Below, one piece after another: positions 9,446 through 19,303 of a DNA stretch of 36,589 nt; within the stretch, counting starts at the first letter, position 1; each line of letters opens with the position of its first letter. The DNA is from Promethearchaeota archaeon (GTDB lineage Archaea > Asgardarchaeota > Lokiarchaeia > Sigyniarchaeales > SOKP01). The notes beneath the pieces are model-generated. The model was not told where the DNA came from. It searched no databases and worked only from the letters and a program-made list of their open reading frames with translations. Made by a program: the position numbers and the translations under genes. The stretch lies in the NCBI GenBank assembly GCA_016839585.1, contig JAEOTZ010000053.1, positions 1 to 36,589 on the forward strand, written 5' to 3'.

Positions 9446-12400
9446 TCAAATCACATTAAATTCTATTAAAATGCTAAATATCGCAGGTATTCCCACGAGA
9501 AAAATAGCTGTTAGAATTATAATAAGGGTATAAAATCTCCATTTGACTGATATATTGTCTTTTCTTTCTTTATAAATAACATAAGGCAATAAAATTGCTC
9601 CCATAATCCAAATGGATATCCATAAAGTAAAAATATACCAATTAGGAGTAATGAACAGAAATAATATTGCGATAACTGTTATCCAAGAGGTAATTAGTTT
9701 TCTCATTCTATGTTTGAAAATCAAATCAACATCTTCTGTTTTTTTAGATGGTAAAAATAAAGAAAGTAGACCAAAAAGTCCAAGTATAACAAAAACAGAA
9801 TGATACCAATTTAAATAATTAAGTTGCAATGGAGATAAAAGAATACCACTTGAAACTGCAAGAAATAAACTAAATGAGACCCAGATGATTTTGTAATGTA
9901 ATTTTAAAAAATTGAAAATCTTGATTCCAATATCTTTGATAAATTTTTTTAATCGACTAAAAAAATGTATTAAAAGGTCTAAAAGTTTATTAAAAAAGGC
10001 CTTTAAGACTTCAAGCATAAAGATAAAGAGATAAACGGTAAGCATAATAGGTAAAAGAACAATACTTGATAATGTTTGAGAGGTCGCAAAATAAATTATC
10101 AAACTTATTAATAAAGAGATAAGACCTCCATAAGCAAAGGAAAAGTTATGAGATCTCTTATGAGGTTTAATTAATCCAATATTAAATATTGAAAAAGTTA
10201 AAAGGGAAATAGAGATATTTAGTGGGAGAGAAAGATTAAAGGAGAGATGTAACCAACTAAAAATATCAATAATTAGTATTATTAGAATTATGAAGGAAGT
10301 AGCAAATCTAAGTTTTTTTAAGAATTTCTCTTTAAAAATGTGAGATATTTTTTCGTCAATATAAGAAATTATTACTAAAACATAAAAGGAAATTAGGAAT
10401 AGAGTAATATTAAGAATTACATTGAATCCTAAGAAAAATAAAGGCCAAATTATAAAATCAAAATACAATACAGTAAGCAATCTTTTTCTAATTTTATCTT
10501 TTTTTGAGCTCAGTTTCGGCAAAAATTCAAACAATTTAATTAAATAGATAAGTTCTATGATAATTAGTAAAATTAAAGGTGGAATAGAAGAAATCAAAAT
10601 ATCAGATAAATAGGAAACATAGATCCATATTAAATAGAAATTTGAAAAGAATATAAATAAAAGCCAAGAAACTGCTTTAAGATATATTGAAAGTTTTCCT
10701 AAAAGCTTTAATTGATAAGCATCAAGAATCATTAATCCGTGGAGAAAAAGACTTGTTATAAGAATAAGTAAAGAAATTTCAACTCCGATTATAAGAAGAG
10801 ATTGAATTAGAATTGATAGGACAGAAACGTATAATAATATCCCTAAAGAATGAAGTGTTTTAAGTTTATGGCGTTTAAAGGTTTCTGCTTTATTAGGATA
10901 AAAGTGGGATAAAGAAAGAAAAAGTGAATGATTTGTATAAAATTGCATAATTAAAAAGATTAAGATTTCTATACTAATTAGAAGGGGATTAAATTTTACA
11001 TACTGGTTTAAGATTAGAAGAGTTGTTAAGGAGAGTATAAAATAACTAATCGTATGAACTAGTCTTCCATAACTTTCTCTTATTTTTTTTAGAAAATAGA
11101 TATCAAATGAAGTTAAAATAAATAAAGTTAATTGAGACATAAAAAGACTTTCAAAAAATCCTAAAAATTCAATTGCAAGTCCATAGACCATTAAACTTGT
11201 TTCAAGATATAGTAAAAAGATAATTAAAGAATTAGATTTCGTTAGAAAGTTAGGAAAATTTTCTTTTTTAACTAAACCATCAATTAACTTGACTGTAATA
11301 AATGATAAGCAGGTTTCAATTAGAATGATAGAATAAACCGTGAAAAGATTTAAAATATTGAATACTAAAAACAGAACAACCCAATTTGCGGCAAAAATTA
11401 TTTGAAAAAGAGTTATTAATAGAAGTTTTATACTGATTTTTATCTTTTCTTTAGCTTTTCTAATGAAATAACTAAAAATAAATAGAAATAATATTGAATT
11501 TTGAATGAATAATAGAAGAGAGGGTATTCCACGCACTTCTTCAAGAATTAATACTATTCCGTTAGATATTAGAGAAGAAATGTAAAATGAAACCCATATA
11601 AATGAATTATAGATTAGTATTAAGTGTATTATTGAAACTAAATTTTCGTTTTTAATATTAAAATATGAAATGAAGTAAGAATCAATTAAATTTACCAGAG
11701 AGAATGATAATATTAAAATAAATTCATCTAAATGGAAGAAATAAAGGAAAATGCAAGAGAAATTACCGAATATCACCCATGACCAAAACATTAACTTATT
11801 CCGAGTAGCAACGAATAAGTAATAAAAATATCGATTATCAAAAATAAATAATTCAGTAAATAAAACTCCACTTAAGATTATTAAGAATAAATAAATAGAA
11901 TTTGTTAAAGTAACATCTAATTTAAGCAATAATAACAAAAGATTAAAAGCTGTTGCCAATGGGACAATTAAATATATGATATAACTTATTTTATGAATAT
12001 AAATTAATAGATTTTTAACTTTTAATTCAAGTTCTGATTTTATAATATATTTTATACTAAATAATAGAAGAAAGGGTAGAATGATTAGAATATTAAGAAT
12101 CTGATAAATTAATAGTAAATCTCTGAATAATACTTTTTTATATATATTTACACTAATAACTGATATGAGTATTGAAAAATAAAGTGAATTTATTATAAAG
12201 CAGATTAGGTTTTGTAATTTAATTTGATTCTTATCTTTGAAAAAATACGATAAAGTATTCTCTCCTTTTATTTTAGCTTCTTCATAGTGAGAATTTGAAA
12301 TATTCATTACTAGTTGGTATATTATTAAATAATCAATCAAAAATATTAAAATTGCTAAAAAGAGGGAAGATTGAATAAAATCAATTATTAAGAATAATTC

Positions 12401-15400
12401 CTGAAAGAGAAATGTCAACGGTAAGGGAAACAAATACCATATATATAATCTATAATTGCCTAATGGATAGTAAACAAATAACAGAGAAATCATTACAAAA
12501 ATAGCAGCTATAAAAAATGGATTTTCTGGCAGAAATATGGCCAGAAAGGAAGAAACAGCGGAGGAAATACCAAATGATACCGCTGAAAAGGGAATTATTT
12601 TATGGATATGTATTTTCATTTTATAGTAATTAAAAACATAAAAAGAACCACCCCATACAGCAATTGCTAGAAATATAGCAAAAAATAATAGATTAGGGAA
12701 CAAATTAAATGAATTAAAAGTTAACCATGAAATACCAAATATTAGAATCCAAGAAGATATTATGTCTGTTAATCGTTTAATTGGTTTAATATATTTAGAA
12801 GAAAATAGACTAAATCCAACAAATATAAAAGTTATATTTAAAGCAAAAATTGGATCTAAGATTATATGATACAATATAAAATAAATTGTTAGAAAAACCC
12901 CAATTATCGCTGTTATGTAAGAACCAATGATAATGAGATTTTTTATTGATTTAAAAGCAGGAAAAAATGATAAAATTAAAACCAACATGGCAATGGCGAA
13001 AATATCAATTGAAATCACAATGTCTAAAGGGATTTCTAATGATAATAGAAAGAAAATTAAAAAATTTGCATTAATTGCTATAAGGATTAGCCATACGAAC
13101 GAGATTGTTTTCCAAAATTTCAATTTATAGAACAGGGGCGCTAATAAAACGGCTGCAAAAAGTGCAAATACCAAATATCTTAACAAGAAATTAGTCAGAA
13201 ATAGATTTTGACTAATCCAAAAAAGTAAAGCTAGGTTTATGCCCCAAATAATGAGTAAAATTTGATAGAAATATACCTTAATTTTAGTATATGCAATAGG
13301 TAAGAAAAATAGAAAAAATATCACAGTAGTGAGAAGAAATGATCCATTTATTTCATATCCAAAAAAATCTATTGCACTTGTAGCTATATCGACACCTTTA
13401 AGACTTCTATATAATAGATAAAAATTAGCAAAAGGTACAATAAACCAAGCATACCAACCTGTCCTCCAAATTGCCCAAGAAATTTTCCACTGATATAATC
13501 CAATAGATAAATAGAAAAGAAAAATTCCAACATCAATAGCTATAATTAATGGAAATGGATCTCCAAATGGTATGGAAAGAGACACACTAATAAAGAAATA
13601 TAAGAAAATAGGAAAGCTGATAACAATACATGGTAAAACTATAAAGAAAGAAATTCTTCTTAATGGTAATCGTGATTTATAAAATAATAAAACATAAGCT
13701 AATCCAGTAAGACTTAATGTTAATGTCGTTGTAAGAACGAAATTAACTTCTCCATGAATAGGATTATTAAAAAGCCATGAATACGATATAAAACTTAAAA
13801 TGTCAGTAATAAATAGAATTACAGTGAATCTTTTGATAAAGAATCGATATTCTTCAGAAACTAACTCAAATTTCTCGAAATAGGAAAAAGTAATAGGGGA
13901 TAATAGTGAAACAATTAGAATGAAAGTAATTATTAGATTAAAAACTGAAAACTGAACTAATGATAAAAAGTAGGTAAGAATAAAGGATATAAAAAAGCAG
14001 ATAGTAACTTTAGCAATTAGCCACGATACAAATTCAATATTCCTCTGTACGTTAGGAAATTCGAGTTTTATTAAAGCATTGCTAAACTTAAATGATATAA
14101 ATGCTATCAGGAAAAAGAAACCAAGATACCAAAACACATTAAAAAGATGCATTTCTGTTGGTAAATATTTTAAAACTTCGCTAAATTGAATTAAAGAAAA
14201 AATCACTAATGATGGAGAAAAAATTAGACCATAATATAAAATATCTTTTAGATATCTTAGAAAAGTTAATTCCTTTGAATAAAGTTGAAGTAATTTTAAA
14301 GTATAAATATTTATAATAAAGAAAGTTAAAATAGCACAATTTATTATTAAAAGCCTTATTGTAAGAAGAGATTGTGTTAAACCTAATAGTATAATCTCAA
14401 ATGATATAAAAAAGGAGAAGATTAACCAAACGAAGATCTGAAGAAATCTTAAAGTTTTAATGTAGGGTTCTTTTATTTTAAAATTTTCAGCTATTGATTC
14501 AAAGATCTTTAAAATGATAAATAAAATAAAGATGGTAATAATTAAGATTAGAATATAATCAACACTTAAACCCATTTGTTCTATTTGTAAACCCATTAGA
14601 GTTGGAACGCATAATATTATTCCGGATAATATTATACTGTTATAAATTAAGCTTTTTTTCCCTATAGATTCTGTTAGAACTCCTTTTCTATACGCATAAA
14701 TACTAGGTATGAAGAAGTATATGGATGCTAGCATTAATGGTAATAAAAATCTAAATAGTGTTTCATAGAAAATTATAAAGAAGTAAAAGAATACTGTTGT
14801 TCCAGTTAAAAGAAAAGCTATTAAAACTGCTAATATTGAAACAATTCTCCTAAGATTTCCTCTTATTTTGACGTTTATAATGATTAAAATTCCAAAGAGA
14901 GTATAAAGAGTAAAATTAATATCAGTAATAACTGTGATAGTATCGACAGTTAGTCCTAAACTGATTAATTCTAAATAAATGAATGTTGGAATACATAATA
15001 TCAATCCAGATAATAAGAAAGTGTTATAGGTTAAGATTTTCTTCCCAATAGACTCTTTCAAAATTCTTTTTCTATAAGAGTAAGTAGTAGGGATGAAGAA
15101 GTAAGAGGATGCTATTATTAAAGGGAATAAAAATCTAAATAGAGTCTCATAGAAAATTATAAAGAAGTAAAAAAATACTGTTGTTCCAGTTAAAAGAAAA
15201 GCAATTAAAACTGCAAGTATTGAAAGAATTCTTTTAAGATTTTCTCTTATTTTAATCCTGTAAATAAGAAGAATTCCAAATAGAATATAAAGAGTGAAAT
15301 TGATAACATTAAATACTGTGATAATATTAACTCGATATTCTAGATTAATTAATTCTAAATAAATGAATGTTGGAATGAGAGTTAGAAATACAGATAAAAT

Positions 15401-17683
15401 TATACCATTATATACTAATGCTGTTCTTGTTAATTTTGGCGCCTTATCTTTCTTCAATGAATACATTATTGGTAGATATAAATATGAGCACGTAATTATT
15501 ACGGGAAATGTAAATAGATAAAAGGTTCCTAAATTCAAAGATAGCAAACATAAATAGTAAAATAAATAAATTGAGCTGAGAAACAGGGTTATTATATTAA
15601 CATTAATAGATGTAGCTTTTGTAAATAGGATTTCAAATGCAGAAATGCCATTTATTAGAACACATGTAATAATTAAGGTAAGAAATGACGAAAGAATTAT
15701 ATTGTCGATTAAAAGTAGAAATTGAAAGGAAGCATAAAATATAGAGAAAATTAAAGCCAAAAGTAACAAAAATATTGGATAAGATAAAACACTCATAGCC
15801 TTTTTATAGGTTTCTTCTTTTACTTTTGCTATTTTTACCCCAAATTTCAAATTGAAATTAATAAGAATTAATAAAAGTAGGAAATTGAAAATCATCATAA
15901 TATAGTCTGGGAAGAATGTAATGAGTATAGATAGAAAAATAATTACTATTAATGACCAAAAAGAATAATAAATTGATGCTAAAAGCGTCTTTAAGTTAAT
16001 CATGCCAATTAAATAATTCAATGATACGAAAAGCATGAATATTAACGGAAATAAGATAGTAGAAATGGTTAAAAGCTTAATGAAAAGGTTAAAACTCACT
16101 GTGAAGTAGGTATTCAAATTGATGAGAATAAAGATAATTAATTCTATCAGAAATAAATTCATTAGTACGCATATTTTGAATGTATTTGAGTATTTTTCTT
16201 TGAAGAAAATTGCATATAATCTGTAAAATGAAAGTAATAAAACAACAAAGAAAACAATTAGAATTATAAAAATGTTAGAAACAAATGTTAGATAAGGATC
16301 TGTAGTAATATAAACATAGTTAAGAATGATCAAGAAAAAAGCAATTATTGCAAGAATATTTTGAGTTATTAGGATATTTCCTTTTTTAAAATAATCAACC
16401 CTTCTAAATAATTCTAACATGAAATAAAAGGAAATGGAAAAAACAATCAATTGAATATTGAAATTAATAAGATCTGAAATAGAAGGTAAGATTCCAAAAG
16501 AGATAGAAGCTAAACACGCAAGAGAATATAATAAAATAATAAAATTATTGTATTTTTTAAAGGAGTAATTTGATTTATGCTCATAATGAGTAAAAATAAA
16601 AAAAAATGGAAGAATAATTAGTGTAATGTAAGGTAACTCTATAAGAAAAGTGTATAATGTTATTAATAAGATTAAAATTCCTGTTAATATCGAACTTAAT
16701 TTTTGATATTTGACTTTTGTATCTTTATTTTCTTCTTTAGGATTTTTTGATGTTTCGGGGTTCGTGTATAACTCAAATAAAAATTCATAGTATAAGTAGA
16801 TATAAAGTACAGTTTTAAGAAAGAGTAAGACGAATAAAAAACTTAGAAACGCATCATCTATAAGAATACTAATTGAAAATTGACCTCTCTGAATAAAAAA
16901 TACCAATGATATGAAAGGCATTTGAATCAAAAGAACAAACATAAAGCTAGCTATAGATATAACAAATTTACGCTTAAATTTTGTTAGATTTTTTAAGAAT
17001 GGCTTGTTTTCGGCTATATTTTTTTTGATTTCATTCTGTTGATTACTTACAGACGCTAAAGTAATCAAATAAAAAATTACATTATTGATAAGCCCAAAAA
17101 GCCATGCAAAATCAGTTGAAGTTATAAAAGATAGATATAAAATTTGAATAAAGTAATTAATGACAATAACAATATTATAGGGTTGTTTTAACATCAATTT
17201 TAAACTAATAGCATGCTTAAACTCTCCTTCTCCTATATTGAAAAAATCGATAGGTTGAAAGTAGTAGTAATAATACACAATATTATATAAAAGAGAAAAA
17301 GAAATCAACGGAAGATAAATAAACGACCAATTTTCGGGCGTAATAAGAACGAAAATTGGGGTTACAACATAAGATAATATAGATATTAGATAAATGACGT
17401 GTACTCTGGCAATTGGGTTATTGGATTTATTATAAAAGAAAGGGTTATTTCGATATTTGTCAAAACTTTTATAAAAGAAGAGGAAAGCAAATGTAAAAAT
17501 TATGACAGAAATAGTAAACGCGATATATGAAGCCCAAGGAAACTGTACCAAGATCCAGAATCCAGCTAAAGAAATAGCGAAGGGGGCAATTATTAGGAAA
17601 AAGCAAAATCTAAATAATTTTGTAAGGAATTCAGTTACTTTCTTAATTTTTTCTTCAGAGTTGTTAGATTCTTTAGATTTCAT
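9446..17683 (-). CDS. Giant polytopic membrane protein, 2745 aa, unknown function
   Basis: Uninterrupted 8.2-kb ORF in AT-rich DNA. About 85 hydrophobic segments counted by eye, separated by alternately short and Lys/Arg-rich loops; no recognisable soluble domain. Confidence 0.9.
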   Translation of the reverse strand: MKSKESNNSEEKIKKVTEFLTKLFRFCFFLIIAPFAISLAGFWILVQFPWASYIAFTISVIIFTFAFLFFYKSFDKYRNNPFFYNKSNNPIARVHVIYLISILSYVVTPIFVLITPENWSFIYLPLISFSLLYNIVYYYYYFQPIDFFNIGEGEFKHAISLKLMLKQPYNIVIVINYFIQILYLSFITSTDFAWLFGLINNVIFYLITLASVSNQQNEIKKNIAENKPFLKNLTKFKRKFVISIASFMFVLLIQMPFISLVFFIQRGQFSISILIDDAFLSFLFVLLFLKTVLYIYLYYEFLFELYTNPETSKNPKEENKDTKVKYQKLSSILTGILILLITLYTFLIELPYITLIILPFFFIFTHYEHKSNYSFKKYNNFIILLYSLACLASISFGILPSISDLINFNIQLIVFSISFYFMLELFRRVDYFKKGNILITQNILAIIAFFLIILNYVYITTDPYLTFVSNIFIILIVFFVVLLLSFYRLYAIFFKEKYSNTFKICVLMNLFLIELIIFILINLNTYFTVSFNLFIKLLTISTILFPLIFMLFVSLNYLIGMINLKTLLASIYYSFWSLIVIIFLSILITFFPDYIMMIFNFLLLLILINFNLKFGVKIAKVKEETYKKAMSVLSYPIFLLLLALIFSIFYASFQFLLLIDNIILSSFLTLIITCVLINGISAFEILFTKATSINVNIITLFLSSIYLFYYLCLLSLNLGTFYLFTFPVIITCSYLYLPIMYSLKKDKAPKLTRTALVYNGIILSVFLTLIPTFIYLELINLEYRVNIITVFNVINFTLYILFGILLIYRIKIRENLKRILSILAVLIAFLLTGTTVFFYFFIIFYETLFRFLFPLIIASSYFFIPTTYSYRKRILKESIGKKILTYNTFLLSGLILCIPTFIYLELISLGLTVDTITVITDINFTLYTLFGILIIINVKIRGNLRRIVSILAVLIAFLLTGTTVFFYFFIIFYETLFRFLLPLMLASIYFFIPSIYAYRKGVLTESIGKKSLIYNSIILSGIILCVPTLMGLQIEQMGLSVDYILILIITIFILFIILKIFESIAENFKIKEPYIKTLRFLQIFVWLIFSFFISFEIILLGLTQSLLTIRLLIINCAILTFFIINIYTLKLLQLYSKELTFLRYLKDILYYGLIFSPSLVIFSLIQFSEVLKYLPTEMHLFNVFWYLGFFFLIAFISFKFSNALIKLEFPNVQRNIEFVSWLIAKVTICFFISFILTYFLSLVQFSVFNLIITFILIVSLLSPITFSYFEKFELVSEEYRFFIKRFTVILFITDILSFISYSWLFNNPIHGEVNFVLTTTLTLSLTGLAYVLLFYKSRLPLRRISFFIVLPCIVISFPIFLYFFISVSLSIPFGDPFPLIIAIDVGIFLFYLSIGLYQWKISWAIWRTGWYAWFIVPFANFYLLYRSLKGVDIATSAIDFFGYEINGSFLLTTVIFFLFFLPIAYTKIKVYFYQILLIIWGINLALLFWISQNLFLTNFLLRYLVFALFAAVLLAPLFYKLKFWKTISFVWLILIAINANFLIFFLLSLEIPLDIVISIDIFAIAMLVLILSFFPAFKSIKNLIIIGSYITAIIGVFLTIYFILYHIILDPIFALNITFIFVGFSLFSSKYIKPIKRLTDIISSWILIFGISWLTFNSFNLFPNLLFFAIFLAIAVWGGSFYVFNYYKMKIHIHKIIPFSAVSFGISSAVSSFLAIFLPENPFFIAAIFVMISLLFVYYPLGNYRLYIWYLFPLPLTFLFQELFLIIDFIQSSLFLAILIFLIDYLIIYQLVMNISNSHYEEAKIKGENTLSYFFKDKNQIKLQNLICFIINSLYFSILISVISVNIYKKVLFRDLLLIYQILNILIILPFLLLFSIKYIIKSELELKVKNLLIYIHKISYIIYLIVPLATAFNLLLLLLKLDVTLTNSIYLFLIILSGVLFTELFIFDNRYFYYLFVATRNKLMFWSWVIFGNFSCIFLYFFHLDEFILILSFSLVNLIDSYFISYFNIKNENLVSIIHLILIYNSFIWVSFYISSLISNGIVLILEEVRGIPSLLLFIQNSILFLFIFSYFIRKAKEKIKISIKLLLITLFQIIFAANWVVLFLVFNILNLFTVYSIILIETCLSFITVKLIDGLVKKENFPNFLTKSNSLIIFLLYLETSLMVYGLAIEFLGFFESLFMSQLTLFILTSFDIYFLKKIRESYGRLVHTISYFILSLTTLLILNQYVKFNPLLISIEILIFLIMQFYTNHSLFLSLSHFYPNKAETFKRHKLKTLHSLGILLYVSVLSILIQSLLIIGVEISLLILITSLFLHGLMILDAYQLKLLGKLSIYLKAVSWLLFIFFSNFYLIWIYVSYLSDILISSIPPLILLIIIELIYLIKLFEFLPKLSSKKDKIRKRLLTVLYFDFIIWPLFFLGFNVILNITLFLISFYVLVIISYIDEKISHIFKEKFLKKLRFATSFIILIILIIDIFSWLHLSFNLSLPLNISISLLTFSIFNIGLIKPHKRSHNFSFAYGGLISLLISLIIYFATSQTLSSIVLLPIMLTVYLFIFMLEVLKAFFNKLLDLLIHFFSRLKKFIKDIGIKIFNFLKLHYKIIWVSFSLFLAVSSGILLSPLQLNYLNWYHSVFVILGLFGLLSLFLPSKKTEDVDLIFKHRMRKLITSWITVIAILFLFITPNWYIFTLWISIWIMGAILLPYVIYKERKDNISVKWRFYTLIIILTAIFLVGIPAIFSILIEFNVI
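14600..15490 (-). repeat. Intragenic tandem repeat, period 384 bp (128 aa), ~2.3 copies
   Basis: TCCAGTTAAAAGAAAAGC at 14801 and 15185; GTTGGAA at 14601/14985/15369. The peptide SILAVLIAFLLTGTTVFFYFFIIFYETLFRFL occurs twice identically. Boundaries approximate. Confidence 0.9.
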
Positions 17684-17685
17684 AT

Positions 17686-17714
17686 CTCAAGATAATATTT
17701 TTAATTATCTTGAG
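17686..17714. promoter_or_regulatory. Perfect 11-bp inverted repeat abutting the giant gene's start codon
   Basis: CTCAAGATAAT (17686-17696), 7-nt spacer, ATTATCTTGAG (17704-17714); 2 nt from the ATG at 17683. Confidence 0.6.
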
Positions 17715-17789
17715 TATAAAGTAAATATTAATTAAAAAATGTACCATAAATTTTTCTTCTTTTAAAAAAATATTACGAAAAAATAAAAT

Positions 17790-19112
17790 TTATCTAAATT
17801 TTGGTAGATATTTCTTTTGCAAATCGCTCATCTCGTTAAAAATGTCTTCTGCCATTTCAAAACTCCCAACATTCGGATCAATAGCTAAGCAAGCTAATGC
17901 AAATTCTTTAGATCTTTTTAATGCAGCTTCTACACATAAATCTTGAATAGAAGCTTCAATACGAAGCAACGCAGCGATATTTTTTGGTAGTTCGCCTATT
18001 TTTACACCATGAACACCTTGTTTATTAACTTTAGCTGAAATTTCAAGGACTAAATCTTCTGGTAGATTATTTATCAATCCGTCATTTGGGAGATTTACAG
18101 CACTTTCATAGGAATTCTTATCTGTTATTATTGCTTCAATAATAGGTATAGCTCTTTCTCCAGAGGGTTCTTTAAAAAGAGGTCCAATCTTTGGTCGTTT
18201 TCCTTTTTTCAATCGTTTATAATAATGAGCGATAAGTCCATATATACTTTGATTAAATTGATCTGTATGATTAATCCAATCAATCATATCTTGAGTTTTG
18301 GTAAATTCTTCACCAAATTGAAGATATTCCCCTAAATGGTTATCTCCAACATAGGGAAAATAACCGAATCTATTATAAATCTCAAAGGTTAAAGTTGAAA
18401 ATTCAAATCTGTTTTCATTTTTCTTAAAATAATTCATGGCTTTAACATTAAAATCAAGCATTAAATCTTTTCCAGCAGCTAAATCTTCTAATCCTAATAA
18501 AAAGGCAAAGTGGTTAAGCCCTGCGACTGTCATTTTTAATTCTTCCAGCTTTTTATTAAACATTATCGGTAAATGATGATTTAGAAATCCAATTTGATGA
18601 CATAAACCGATAAATTTTAAATTTTTTGTTGCTCTTTTAATTGCTAAACATACTCTAGACATAGGATTTGAAAAGTTAATAAAAAAAGCATTTGGGCATA
18701 GTTTTTCTATATCTTTTATAATTTCAATAATTGGTGGGATAATCCTCCAAGCATGAAAGTTGCCACCCGGACCTCCACATTCTCCTAAAATCTGAGTAGA
18801 ACCATGCTTTCTGGGGATCTCATAATCCTGCCACCATAATGAAAATCTATCACCGACTTCAATCGAATTAATTATGAAATCAGCATCCTCAAAAGCTTCA
18901 GCTCTATTAGTAGTCCATTGGATATTAAATTTATTTCCTAATCTTTCATTTTCGAAAGTTAATAGCTCATAAACAATTTTCAATTTTTCTTTATTTATAT
19001 CATGAAGTACAATCGTAGAACCTACCAGAACAGTACTTAAATATAAATCACTAAACGTTGATGGACCAAATGAAGTTGATCCTGCTCCAACAAGTACAAT
19101 CTTTTTTTCCAT
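17790..19112 (-). CDS. Glycoside hydrolase family 4 (NAD+/Mn2+-dependent alpha-galactosidase/alpha-glucosidase)
   Basis: KIVLVGAGSTSF Rossmann motif, DYEIPRKHG..Q..GECGGPGG, FINFSNP, IGLCH, AGLNHF, GDNHLGEY. Confidence 0.9.
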   Translation of the reverse strand: MEKKIVLVGAGSTSFGPSTFSDLYLSTVLVGSTIVLHDINKEKLKIVYELLTFENERLGNKFNIQWTTNRAEAFEDADFIINSIEVGDRFSLWWQDYEIPRKHGSTQILGECGGPGGNFHAWRIIPPIIEIIKDIEKLCPNAFFINFSNPMSRVCLAIKRATKNLKFIGLCHQIGFLNHHLPIMFNKKLEELKMTVAGLNHFAFLLGLEDLAAGKDLMLDFNVKAMNYFKKNENRFEFSTLTFEIYNRFGYFPYVGDNHLGEYLQFGEEFTKTQDMIDWINHTDQFNQSIYGLIAHYYKRLKKGKRPKIGPLFKEPSGERAIPIIEAIITDKNSYESAVNLPNDGLINNLPEDLVLEISAKVNKQGVHGVKIGELPKNIAALLRIEASIQDLCVEAALKRSKEFALACLAIDPNVGSFEMAEDIFNEMSDLQKKYLPKFR

Positions 19113-19272
19113 AATTTTGAAGGGTTATTTTTTCAATATTTCCTTAAAATATTAACATAATTAAAGAGTTTTCAAATTTTTTAGAATTAATAATTAAGGT
19201 ATCATTGAAATCAATACTACTTTTTTGTATAATTCACGATATTGGAGAGAAATGGGAAATAAATGGGTAAAG

Positions 19273-19280
19273 TTTATAAA
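19273..19280 (+). promoter_or_regulatory. Archaeal TATA box for the structured RNA/small-ORF transcript
   Basis: TTTATAAA preceded by purine-rich GGGTAAAG (BRE-like); predicts a start site near 19303-19307, exactly where the paired region begins. Confidence 0.6.
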
Positions 19281-19303
19281 GGATTTTTCTCACAATTCTA
19301 ATA

